Source of the DNA: Candidatus Eiseniibacteriota bacterium
GTDB lineage: Bacteria; Eisenbacteria; RBG-16-71-46; SZUA-252
Direction: 5' to 3'
Length of the DNA stretch: 64,000 bases
Assembly: GCA_963703225.1 (NCBI GenBank)
Contig: OY969801.1
Span: 2,496,001-2,560,000 of the forward strand
Below, piece by piece: positions 38,466 through 47,473 of this stretch. A program made the position numbers and the translations under genes. The notes beneath the pieces are model-generated. The model was not told where the DNA came from and did no database searches. It was given only the letters and a program-made list of their open reading frames with translations. Every line of letters begins with the position of its first letter. The stretch's first letter is position 1.

Positions 38466-40571
38466 TCATCGGACCCCGGCCATCGCCGGCTCCGCCGTCG
38501 CCCCGCTCTTGGCGAATTTCGCTCCCCCGGGCATCAGGTATCGGGTGAACCATTCGCGCATGACGTGGAGGCGCGCCAGTCGGCGTGAGGGGGTGCCGCC
38601 CCGGGAGAGGCCGTGGCTCTCCGCGGGGAAGAGCACCATCTCCACCTCACGTCGGAGCGCCTTGAGGGTCTTGTAGAGTATCTCCGCCTCGGAAATCGGG
38701 CACCGATGATCTTGAAGACTGTGGGTGATCAGGAGCGGCGTCGTGATCTTGTCGGCGTAGGCGAGCGGCGATTGCCGCCAGAGATCCTCGGAGGTCATGT
38801 TCCATGGCTCATCGCCAAACTCGAGCGGCGAGCCGCCGAGATCGTCGCTCGCCAAGAGGAGCGTGGAAATCGTGACGACGGAGCGCTGGGTGAGCGCCGC
38901 CTTGAATCGCTCGGTGTGCCCGACGATCCAATTCGTCATGTAGCCGCCGTAGGAGCCGCCGGTCACCCCCAAGCGCTCGGGATCGATCTCCGGGTGGCGG
39001 CGGAGCGCCTCGTCGACGACGAGCATCAGATCGTCAAACGCGGGGCCTCCCCAGTCCTTGACGATCGCCTGGCTGAATTTCTCGCCATAGCCCAACCCGC
39101 CTCGCGGATTCGAGAAAAGCACGTAGAAGCCGGCGTTGGCGAACATTTGGAATTCGTAGAAGAAGCAGGCGCCCCACTGGATGCGAGGCCCGCCATGAAT
39201 TTCAAGGATCATTGGGTGTTTCTTCTTCGGATCGGCGTTCGGCGGCTTGAGAAGCCACGCCTGGACCTTGTGTCCTTCCGGCGCCGTGACCCAGAACTCC
39301 TCTGGCTCGGCGATCGTGAGCGAAGCGAAGAGATCGCGGTTCGGCTCGGCCAGCGGCTGGAGCGCGCGCCGCTTGAAATCGAACCGGGCGACCGTGCCGG
39401 CATCGGCGTGGCCGCAGCGAATCACCGCCAGGTCGTCCGTCCCTGGGGAGCCGGCCATCGCCATGATGCGGAGCATTCCCTCCGTCAGCCGCTCCGGCGC
39501 TCCGCCGTTCGCCGGAATGGAATTGATGTGGACGGACCCCGAGTCGGTCGACTGGAAGTAGAGCTTCGATCCGTCCCGACTCCAGATCGGCCTCGACGCA
39601 TCATGGGAATCGTTGAGGTCGCTCCCCATGGCATCGACCGCCATGCGGTCGTAGCTCGGGATGAGATCCCGCGCCGCGCCGCCCTCGGCTGGCACGACCC
39701 ATATGTGCGCGTTCCACCAACCCCACCAGTCGTTCTCCTTGGCGTGGCCGACGAACGCGATCTTCTTTCCGTCCGGAGACCACGCCGGGCAGACCGCCAC
39801 GCCCGGCTGAGGGGTGAGATTCCTGGCCTCGCCTCCGGCGGAGGGCATGATCCAGATATCGGAAACGACGTAGTAGTTGTAGTCGTTGTCGGGCTCCCGG
39901 TTGGCGGAGAAGGCGAGCCATTTGCCGTCGGGAGACCAAACGGGCGGCTCGTGGTCGTACGGACCGTCCGTCAAGGCGCGCACTTCCCGCGTCGCGACGT
40001 CGAGCACGTGGATCTGGGCGCGCGCCTGAGGCAAGAATCCCTGGCCGTCAAACTTGTACCGAAGCCGCGTGATCCGCATGTAGCTGGGCGGCGGCAGGTC
40101 CTTCTTCTCGGTCTTTGCTTCCACCGCCTTCTTGAGGGAGACGCTCCCCGGGAGGTGCCCCGTGTCGGCAGGATCGTTCGGCGTGAAGACGAACGAAAGC
40201 TTCGTGCCGTCCGGCGACCACGCCAACCCCCCCGGCCCGCCATCGAGATCGGTGAGCCGCTCCGCCTCGCCGCCGTCCAAAGGCAGGCGGTAGATCTGCG
40301 GCTTCTTGTCCTTCCGGTCCGAGATGAACGCGAGCCACCTGCCGTCCGGGCTAAACGCCGCGCCCATGTTCTTGCTCTCGCCGTGGGTCAGGCGGCGGGG
40401 CTCTCCGCCCGCCATCGGCACGAGCCAGAGATGCGACTGGTATCCGTCCTTCTCTGCGTCGATCGTCCGGACCGTGTAGACGATCCGGCCGCCATCGGGA
40501 GAGAGGGTCACCGCGTCGACGAACTGCATCCTGAAGAGATCTTCGGGCTGTAGCGTGCGTGGCGTGGCCAT
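38466..40571 (-). CDS. S9 family (acylaminoacyl) peptidase with PD40 propeller
   Basis: WSPDG repeats, IHGGP, GGSYGG, DHRCP, ESHG. Confidence 0.93.
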   Translation of the reverse strand: MATPRTLQPEDLFRMQFVDAVTLSPDGGRIVYTVRTIDAEKDGYQSHLWLVPMAGGEPRRLTHGESKNMGAAFSPDGRWLAFISDRKDKKPQIYRLPLDGGEAERLTDLDGGPGGLAWSPDGTKLSFVFTPNDPADTGHLPGSVSLKKAVEAKTEKKDLPPPSYMRITRLRYKFDGQGFLPQARAQIHVLDVATREVRALTDGPYDHEPPVWSPDGKWLAFSANREPDNDYNYYVVSDIWIMPSAGGEARNLTPQPGVAVCPAWSPDGKKIAFVGHAKENDWWGWWNAHIWVVPAEGGAARDLIPSYDRMAVDAMGSDLNDSHDASRPIWSRDGSKLYFQSTDSGSVHINSIPANGGAPERLTEGMLRIMAMAGSPGTDDLAVIRCGHADAGTVARFDFKRRALQPLAEPNRDLFASLTIAEPEEFWVTAPEGHKVQAWLLKPPNADPKKKHPMILEIHGGPRIQWGACFFYEFQMFANAGFYVLFSNPRGGLGYGEKFSQAIVKDWGGPAFDDLMLVVDEALRRHPEIDPERLGVTGGSYGGYMTNWIVGHTERFKAALTQRSVVTISTLLLASDDLGGSPLEFGDEPWNMTSEDLWRQSPLAYADKITTPLLITHSLQDHRCPISEAEILYKTLKALRREVEMVLFPAESHGLSRGGTPSRRLARLHVMREWFTRYLMPGGAKFAKSGATAEPAMAGVR

Positions 40572-40588
40572 GTTGTTCTCCTGGTCTC

Positions 40589-41677
40589 CTACCGTTTGCC
40601 CGATTGGAATCGAGCAATCTGCTCTTTCAGATAGTTATCGTTCGGCGCGAGCGCGAGGGCTTGGGTCTCCACTTCGATCGCTTTCTCCTTGTTTCCCATC
40701 CGGAAATGAACCTCCGCCAGCGTGTCGAGGATACCCGACTCCTTGGGCTCCAGCGCCACCGCGCGCTCGGCCGCCTGAAGCGCCTCGGCCAGGTAGATGT
40801 CGTTGGTGGCGCAGGTCCACGCCAACCCGTTCAGGTTCGAGGCGTCGTTCTCGCCGCGCTCGAGGGCGCGATGGAGCGCCTCGCCTACCCGTTCCCGCTC
40901 TACTCGGGCAAGATCCTTGCGCCCCGCCTTGTCGTACGCCTCGGCGAAGCGCAGATGCGCCTCCGCTAGTTTGGTCGCCTCACAGATTCCGAAGACCCGC
41001 CGGAGCTCCCGGATCGGATCCTTGCTGTCCTCGACGCGAAGATCGATGTAACGGGTCCGGTATTCGGGATACTCGTCGCTCGGCCTCACCACGAGAAGCG
41101 CCGCCGACTGCATGCCGCGCTTGTCGCCGCCCGGCCGCCTGCCCGGCATCAAGCGCAGCGAGGAGCCGTGCGGCCAGTTCCCCCGGCGTCGAGAGGAAGG
41201 CGCGCTCCATCTCGGCCACCACCGCCTCGCCCGGCAAGAATGTTTCCCTGAATCGAGTATCCCGTTCCGGTGCGGTGTCCCGCCCACGACGAGCAATCCC
41301 TTCCCGTGTGGGCCGCGCTCCGGCTCCTGCGTGTCGACAACTCCAACCTGGCGGTGCGCGCTTCCCGAGTCCGCGTCGATCAGCGCCCGCAGGACCTCCG
41401 GCGCCGATTTCCCCTGCCGCAGCATCGCGAGGCCCAGTGGGCCGAACGATTCGTTCGTCGACGCCTGGGTCGCGATCGCGCCGACGCCTCCCTCGGCCCA
41501 GGGGACCGCCATCCCCACGCTGAAGGCGCGCGATTGAACGGCCACGCCCAATTCCTGGGTCACCGAGTCGTAGGCCACGATCGAAAAGGTCGCGGCGGCC
41601 GGCGAGGCCTGAAACAGGACGGCCGCGGCCGCGACCAGGAGAAGCCGCGGGATCAAGCCCGCGCGGGCTCGCCTCAC
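40589..41677 (-). CDS. DUF1028 (Ntn-hydrolase-like) protein with C-terminal TPR; indels at about 41130-41330
   Basis: Signal peptide then TFSIVA, GVAVQS, ATQA, RQVGVVD, QGNILAG (other frame), GGDKRGMQSAA, DLRVED; LDTLAE TPR. Confidence 0.82.
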   Translation of the reverse strand: MRRARAGLIPRLLLVAAAAVLFQASPAAATFSIVAYDSVTQELGVAVQSRAFSVGMAVPWAEGGVGAIATQASTNESFGPLGLAMLRQGKSAPEVLRALIDADSGSAHRQVGVVDTQEPERGPHGKGLLVVGGTPHRNGILDSGKHSCRARRWWPRWSAPSSRRRGNWPHGSSLRLMPGRRPGGDKRGMQSAALLVVRPSDEYPEYRTRYIDLRVEDSKDPIRELRRVFGICEATKLAEAHLRFAEAYDKAGRKDLARVERERVGEALHRALERGENDASNLNGLAWTCATNDIYLAEALQAAERAVALEPKESGILDTLAEVHFRMGNKEKAIEVETQALALAPNDNYLKEQIARFQSGKR

Positions 41678-42765
41678 TTTCGGCCCGCCTGGAAGCGCTC
41701 GATCTGCTCTTTCAGGTACGCGCTCTTCGGGTCGATCGCGGCCGCCCGGGACTCCACCTCAATCGCCTTCGCCGGGTCGCCCGCCCGAAAGTGGACCTCG
41801 GCCAGGGTGTCGAGAATGTCGATGTTTCGAGGCTCCAGCTGCGCGGCACGCTCGGCCGCCTTGATGGCGTCGGCGAGATAGATGTCGTGGGTCGCGCAGG
41901 CCCAGGCGAGCCCGTTCAAGAGCGAGGCGTCCTTCTCCCCGCGCTGGAGCGCCCGTCTCATGCTCTCCCCCACGCGCTCCCGCTCCATCACCGCGAGATC
42001 GGGGCGTCCCGTCGCGTCGTACTCGGCCGCGTAGTTCAGGTGCGCGTTCGCGGCGTGGAATCCCTCGAAGATCTGCCAGACCCGCCGAAGCTCCTGGATC
42101 GGAGTCTTGTGGTCCTCGACCCGTAGGTCGACGTAGCGAACGTTGTACTCGGGATGCGAGACGCTGGGACGCACGACGAGGAGCGCAGCCGACTGCATGC
42201 CGCGCTTGTCGCCCCCCGCCGCCTGGGCCGCTTCCAGGGCGGCGATCAAGCGCTCCGCCATTTCTCCGCGCGACTCCCGATAGGCCTTCGCCATGTTCGC
42301 GACGACCGCGGGACCCGCGAGGATGTTTCCCTGGCATGTAAAGCCCGGCCCCGTCTCTCCTCCCGCCCAGTCGAGACAGCGCCGGCCCGTCCAGGTCGCC
42401 GCCCGGCCCTGGGCGTCGACGATGCCGACCTGACGCCCATCCCAACTCGTATCCGCCGCCGCGAGGGCGCGCATGACGTCCGCCGCCGGCATCCCGGTAC
42501 GGAGAAGCGCCAGCGCCTCGGGCCCCAGCGAGACGTTCACGTTCGCCTGCGTCGCGACCGCGCCGGCACCCGCCTCCGCCCAGGGGACCGCAGTCCCGAC
42601 CGAGAAATACTTCGACTGAACCGCGACGCCCACCTCGTGCGTCACCGAATCGAAGGCCACGACGGAAAAAGTGCCCATCTTCACGTCGGCCGCCGCGGGG
42701 GAAGCCGTGGCGACGGCGAGAAGTAGTGCCAAGAGGGGCGCGGTCTGCGCGGAGCGGCGGATCAT
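41674..42765 (-). CDS. DUF1028 (Ntn-hydrolase-like) protein with C-terminal TPR, tandem paralog
   Basis: Same motifs intact: GTFSVVA, QGNILAG, GGDKRGMQSAA, DLRVEDH. Start trimmed to ATG 42765. Confidence 0.88.
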   Translation of the reverse strand: MIRRSAQTAPLLALLLAVATASPAAADVKMGTFSVVAFDSVTHEVGVAVQSKYFSVGTAVPWAEAGAGAVATQANVNVSLGPEALALLRTGMPAADVMRALAAADTSWDGRQVGIVDAQGRAATWTGRRCLDWAGGETGPGFTCQGNILAGPAVVANMAKAYRESRGEMAERLIAALEAAQAAGGDKRGMQSAALLVVRPSVSHPEYNVRYVDLRVEDHKTPIQELRRVWQIFEGFHAANAHLNYAAEYDATGRPDLAVMERERVGESMRRALQRGEKDASLLNGLAWACATHDIYLADAIKAAERAAQLEPRNIDILDTLAEVHFRAGDPAKAIEVESRAAAIDPKSAYLKEQIERFQAGRK

Positions 42766-42915
42766 CGGTCTACCCCTTGCGAGTGTGATTGGGCCAGGAC
42801 AAAGCGTAGCGTTTGAAGGTACCAAAAACCGCGGGCTAGGGGGTAGTGGGAGCCGGTGCCGCGACGGGGCCCGCGGAGCGCCCGCGGGCCCGTCGCCAGC
42901 CGGCGAAACGTCTAC

Positions 42916-43488
42916 CTAGGCCTTCGCCACGAGGCGTTTGCCGAGGCCCCGGACCTTGAACGCCAGGAACACGAGTAGAAGACCGAAGACCACCGCGTAG
43001 GCCGCGATCAGCCAGAGCACGGCGAGTGCGCCCGCCCCCGGCCGAGAAATGAGCAATCCGCCAAAGATGACCGACGCCAGCCCGCCCAGGATGAGAAACC
43101 CCTCGCCCTGGATCTCCTTCCGCAGCCGAATCGCGACCGCGATCTGAAGGAGGCCCGTCCCGATGGCCCAGATCGCGATATAGAAGAGGAGGGCCAGCGC
43201 CGTGATGCCCGGCGCCACGAAGGTCAGGATGCCGATCCCAATCCCCACCAGACCCCCGAGCAGGAGGAGCCCCCAGTGCTCATGCTCCTTCCGGCCCGAG
43301 ATGGCCGTCCAGACGCCCAGGACGCCGTCCGCGAGCGAGAAGGCGCCGAAGAGGAGGACCAGGGCGGCAAGCGAGAGGCCCGGCTGTCGCCAGGTCAGGA
43401 TGCCGAAAGCAATCGCAACGAGGCCGCGCAGCAGGAGCATCCACCAACTGCGAGAGAGGATTCCGGCGAGCGTGTTCTTGAGCTCCAT
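42916..43488 (-). CDS. HdeD/DUF308 family membrane protein
   Basis: WWMLLLRGLVAIAFG, six hydrophobic helices; AAGGAG upstream of ATG 43488. Confidence 0.85.
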   Translation of the reverse strand: MELKNTLAGILSRSWWMLLLRGLVAIAFGILTWRQPGLSLAALVLLFGAFSLADGVLGVWTAISGRKEHEHWGLLLLGGLVGIGIGILTFVAPGITALALLFYIAIWAIGTGLLQIAVAIRLRKEIQGEGFLILGGLASVIFGGLLISRPGAGALAVLWLIAAYAVVFGLLLVFLAFKVRGLGKRLVAKA

Positions 43489-43592
43489 GCCCATCTCCTT
43501 TGCGGCCTCCATGGCCGCTGTAGGTGATCCCCGCGCGCCGCACCGCGCGAACGCGTGGCGTGCTCCGTCCCCCATCGTGACGGACGGATCTC

Positions 43593-44015
43593 CTAGTTTG
43601 CGGGCTTCTTCTCCTCCTCGACCTTTGTCTTTTGCAGGGCCAGCCAGCCTGCGAGCGTCTTCGCGTCCTCGGCCGGTCCGCGTAATGTCTTCTTATGCTT
43701 CTTGCCATCGATCAGCTCCTTCTTCAGGAGCCAGCCTTCGATCCAGTCCGCCTTTCGCTTGAGACCCTCGCCGGATAGGTCGGGGGGCTCCTTCTTCGTG
43801 GTGGTCGTTGTATCCTTCGCGGCGGCCTCGGCCTCCTCGCCTTCCGCCTTCTTTTTCTCGAGCTTCAGCGCCTTGATCGAATGGCAGGATTGACACTTGT
43901 ACTTAATGAAAAGCTTCTGCCCCGCGGGCACGCTCTCCTCGCCGGCGAACGCTTGGCCGGATGCGACAATGCAGAGCGCCACAAGAACCACAACGCACTC
44001 GAACAGCCGTCTCAT
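43593..44015 (-). CDS. Periplasmic monoheme cytochrome c (Lys-rich)
   Basis: Signal peptide (AFA), GQKLF..YKCQSCH, PDLS, distal KKHKK. No Met in the mature chain, so probably bis-His. Confidence 0.88.
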   Translation of the reverse strand: MRRLFECVVVLVALCIVASGQAFAGEESVPAGQKLFIKYKCQSCHSIKALKLEKKKAEGEEAEAAAKDTTTTTKKEPPDLSGEGLKRKADWIEGWLLKKELIDGKKHKKTLRGPAEDAKTLAGWLALQKTKVEEEKKPAN

Positions 44016-44032
44016 CACAATCCCCCTTCCGT

Positions 44033-45775
44033 TCACCGGGTTGACCCGGTGGAACTTTTGGCTTCTCGCTCCCGATCGATCTGGCGAATCTTGAGCGCGA
44101 GTCCGATCAGCACCATGGCAATGAGCACGAGCGAGATCCAAAGCCCGCGCCGCCGGACGTCTATCTCCACCAGGGATTGCCGCCCTGCCAGCGAAGCGGC
44201 GTTCGCCACGGCGTCCCCTTCGGTGGCACGCTTGAGGATTCGCTCGTAGTTAAACGAATGGATCAGCGCACGGGCCTCGACCGCCGCCGAGATGCCCTTC
44301 CGCTTCAGCTCGAACTGAGGGAGGCTCACTTCCATTCCAGCTACTTCCGCCTTATTAAGCGTCGCCTCCGCCCCTCGTATCTTACGGTCAAGGGACTGAA
44401 GCGTCGCGAAAATCTTTTCTGTCGCCACGTCGCAGGAGTCCCCAACCTGGTGGCATTTCAGGCACACCGAACCAGGATGCGGGCTCACGGCCGCCCCCGG
44501 GAGATCACGCACGCGAAGCCCCCGGATAGGCCGTCCCCCCCTGCTCATGAGACTCAGGCGATAGCCGAGGGCGTCGCCCGACTCGATGGGGAGACCCGAA
44601 AGCGGTTCCACCGAGAGGACTGCGGCCAGTCCCGAGGCATTCCCTAGCCGGACCATGGGAGGCTCTGCAACGGCTCCCGGCCGGACGGTCGCGTCGAGCG
44701 TCACCGGAGCGATTCCCTCCGCCGATATCTCGACGGAATGCGAGTAGCGCGGATCCTCCGCTGGAAGGTGCGGCGCGAGTACGTTTCGCCACTGGACTGT
44801 CGCGGAATCGCCCTGCGCGAGGTCCCCAATTTCGACGCTGAGCGGGGCTGCGCGGGAAAGGCTCCCCCGCGAGGTCGAGGGCGCCGAATGCCCGTCGAAG
44901 AGGTCGGGCGTTGGGTGGCGCACTCCGTGGTTCCCGTGGCAGGTGATGCATTCCGGCATCTTGAGCCGCGCGAAAATCGCGGGCTTGATGGATTGCGAGT
45001 AAAGCTCGGCTTCACGCCCATGGCACTGCCCGCAGACGTGCGCTACGGACCGTGCCTCCGGAGGGGCTGCACCATGGTTTCCATGGCAATCGTTGCACGC
45101 CGGGGCCGCAAGATCCTTATTCTCGAGGAGCGCCGTCGCGTGGACGCTCTGCCGGTATTCAGCGTACTGATTGGTCGGGATCTTATACGGCGCCATGACT
45201 GTGGAGTCGGCGTGGCAATCGGCGCAGAGCTTGGGAACGTTCGTGGCATAGGTCCGCGCCTCGGGAGAGGAGACCGAGCGAATCCCGTGGGCGCCGTGGC
45301 AGTCGATGCACGTGGCGGGCACGGGGTCGCCCTTTGCGTTTCGCTGGCCGTGGACGCTGGTGCGGTATTCGATGAGCTGATCGACGCGGGCCTTTGGATT
45401 GAAGCGCTTCATGTAGGCGGGGTCCGAATGACAGCGCGCGCAGAATCCCGGAACAGCGAGCCGATCCGGCGCCGGACGAAAGCCGCGTGCCGGGTCCATG
45501 GCCGCGTCGGCAGCCTCGTCTTCGTCCTCGATGTTCAAGCGAGCCGGATTCCCGCCATGACAGTCCTGACAGCCGAGGCCGGCTGCCGAGTGGATGTCCT
45601 TTTTCCAGAGCGCGACCGGCTTGCTGAGATTCGCTTCGTCTTGGTTGCGGTGGCAGACGACGCAGGAGCTTGAGTCCGATTGGGCGCCGGCTCCACCGGC
45701 GGGCGGAGCGGACTCCGAAGGGGCCGCTAGGGCGATCGACCCAAGGAAGAACACGGCTGCCGCGACGAGTTTCAT
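44033..45775 (-). CDS. Nonaheme cytochrome c with C-terminal membrane anchor
   Basis: Nine CxxCH (CVVCH, CQDCH, CARCH, CIDCH, CADCH, CNDCH, CGQCH, CITCH, CLKCH); signal peptide; [23 protein letters not shown] overlaps the cyt b stop. Confidence 0.92.
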   Translation of the reverse strand: MKLVAAAVFFLGSIALAAPSESAPPAGGAGAQSDSSSCVVCHRNQDEANLSKPVALWKKDIHSAAGLGCQDCHGGNPARLNIEDEDEAADAAMDPARGFRPAPDRLAVPGFCARCHSDPAYMKRFNPKARVDQLIEYRTSVHGQRNAKGDPVPATCIDCHGAHGIRSVSSPEARTYATNVPKLCADCHADSTVMAPYKIPTNQYAEYRQSVHATALLENKDLAAPACNDCHGNHGAAPPEARSVAHVCGQCHGREAELYSQSIKPAIFARLKMPECITCHGNHGVRHPTPDLFDGHSAPSTSRGSLSRAAPLSVEIGDLAQGDSATVQWRNVLAPHLPAEDPRYSHSVEISAEGIAPVTLDATVRPGAVAEPPMVRLGNASGLAAVLSVEPLSGLPIESGDALGYRLSLMSRGGRPIRGLRVRDLPGAAVSPHPGSVCLKCHQVGDSCDVATEKIFATLQSLDRKIRGAEATLNKAEVAGMEVSLPQFELKRKGISAAVEARALIHSFNYERILKRATEGDAVANAASLAGRQSLVEIDVRRRGLWISLVLIAMVLIGLALKIRQIDREREAKSSTGSTR

Positions 45776-46938
45776 CCGGGGCCCTCGGCTCGGACGACGG
45801 CTGAGCGGCCCGCAATCCAGCCGGCGGCGGCGATTACAATCGCCACACCGACCGGCCACCACGCGTGGTAACCCAGCGCCGTGAAGCCCACCAGGAAACC
45901 GAGCCCAAGGGCGCCGGCCACCGTGACGAGGGGGCTTCGTCCGTCGCGCATGATGCGTCGGTCCAAGAACGGCAGGAGGAACGCCAGCACCCCGACGGCG
46001 CCAAAGGCGAGGACGAGATAGGCCTCATATTCGAGCCCGAGGAACGCCCCCCCCGGCACGAGCCGAAGTGCCTGAAACATCGCCATGAAATACCACTCCG
46101 GACGGATGTTTGGAGGAGCGGGCGCGAAGGGGTCGGCCTTTTCCCCAAGCTCCCATGGAAACAGGGCCGCGAGCGCGGCGAGCACTCCCAACGCGAGCGT
46201 CCAGCCGAACAGATCTCGAAGCATGAAGTCGGGCATGAATCGCATCCGCCGCGTGGCCGTTCCCCGACGCTCCTCGGAGGGAGGGATGCTCATCCCGTGA
46301 CGCTGGACGAGCACCAGATGAAGAACCAATAGGAAGGTCGTGACGGCCGGCAGGATCGCGACGTGCCAACCATAGAATCTCGATAGCGTGGCCCCGGTGA
46401 CGTGATCCCCGCCGCGAAGGAACCGCAGGAGAAAGCCTCCGATCAAAGGCACGGTACCCGCGATGCCGGTGCCGACGCGCGTCGCGAAGTACGCCAGCTT
46501 GTTCCAAGGAAGCAGATATCCCGAGAATCCGAACGTGAGCGTCAAAACAAGGAGAACGAACCCGCTCATCCAGGTCAGCTCACGAGGGGACCGATACGCT
46601 TTCAGCAGGAGCACGGAGAAGAAGTGGATGAGCGCGGTGGCGACCATGAGATTCGCCGACCAGGAGTGGATCGAGCGGATCAGCCAGCCGAAGGAGACCT
46701 GCGTCATGATGAACTGGATCGATTCGTGGGCCTCCTGCGCGGACGGACGGTAGTAGAGCATAAGGAGGATCCCCGTCCCGACCTGTATGGCAAAGAAGAA
46801 GAGCGTCATCCCCCCGAGGTAGTACCAGGGGGTGTGCCGGTGGACGGGAACGGTCTTCGATTCTAAGACGTGATCGAGGCCGGAGAGTCCGATTCGGTCG
46901 CGAAGCCACTCGAGGATGCGAGAAGGAGCGCCGGCCAC
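45772..46938 (-). CDS. Cytochrome b of a Rieske/cyt b complex (unsplit b6 + subunit IV type)
   Basis: [10 protein letters not shown]...[19 protein letters not shown]...LH, IRPEWYF Qo motif. Confidence 0.94.
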   Translation of the reverse strand: MAGAPSRILEWLRDRIGLSGLDHVLESKTVPVHRHTPWYYLGGMTLFFFAIQVGTGILLMLYYRPSAQEAHESIQFIMTQVSFGWLIRSIHSWSANLMVATALIHFFSVLLLKAYRSPRELTWMSGFVLLVLTLTFGFSGYLLPWNKLAYFATRVGTGIAGTVPLIGGFLLRFLRGGDHVTGATLSRFYGWHVAILPAVTTFLLVLHLVLVQRHGMSIPPSEERRGTATRRMRFMPDFMLRDLFGWTLALGVLAALAALFPWELGEKADPFAPAPPNIRPEWYFMAMFQALRLVPGGAFLGLEYEAYLVLAFGAVGVLAFLLPFLDRRIMRDGRSPLVTVAGALGLGFLVGFTALGYHAWWPVGVAIVIAAAGWIAGRSAVVRAEGPG

Positions 46939-46948
46939 CGCTGTCTCT

Positions 46949-47383
46949 CTATGCCCGGCTCACGAAGATCTCGTCGCCGTCTACATGGACCGTGTATCGC
47001 GTCAGCGGGCGGGGGGGAGGGCCTGCGACGTTCCGGCCCTCCAGATCGTAGAAGCCATTGTGGCAGGCGCACCAGATGCGGTCGGAGGCCTTGTCCATCT
47101 GGACGGTGCACGAGAGGTGCGTGCAGGTGGCCGAGAAGGCCCGGTACTCTCCTTCTCCCGCTTGGACCAGAATCCCCGGCTCGGCGCCGAACGGGAAGAT
47201 CTTCCACCCGTCCTTGGTGAGCTCGGATACCTTCCCGGCCAAAACGCGCGAACTCGTGTCCTCGGCGATGCGGGGCGGGCTTAGAAACTTCCCGACGGGA
47301 TAGAACACCGCCGCGGCCAGGGCGCCAATCGACGCGCGGAAGAAGATTTCGAAGAATCCTCGCCGAGGGATCAGGTCTGGCAA
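46949..47383 (-). CDS. Rieske [2Fe-2S] protein of a Rieske/cyt b complex
   Basis: Tat-like RRGFF plus TM helix; CTHLSC and CACHNGFY boxes; GPPPRPL. Confidence 0.93.
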   Translation of the reverse strand: MPDLIPRRGFFEIFFRASIGALAAAVFYPVGKFLSPPRIAEDTSSRVLAGKVSELTKDGWKIFPFGAEPGILVQAGEGEYRAFSATCTHLSCTVQMDKASDRIWCACHNGFYDLEGRNVAGPPPRPLTRYTVHVDGDEIFVSRA

Positions 47384-47431
47384 TTTAAGCGCCCTGGAGG
47401 TGAGGTTTCCGTCAGCCGCGTGGCCTTACTC

Positions 47432-47468
47432 TCCCGGCCCGCCGGCCCGTGGCGGTCAGCGGCCGGGA
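47432..47468 (-). terminator. GC-rich intergenic hairpin between the porin and Rieske genes (no U-tract)
   Basis: TCCCGGCC (47432-47439) and GGCCGGGA (47461-47468) inverted repeat just after the porin stop. Confidence 0.4.
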
Positions 47469-47473
47469 CAAGC

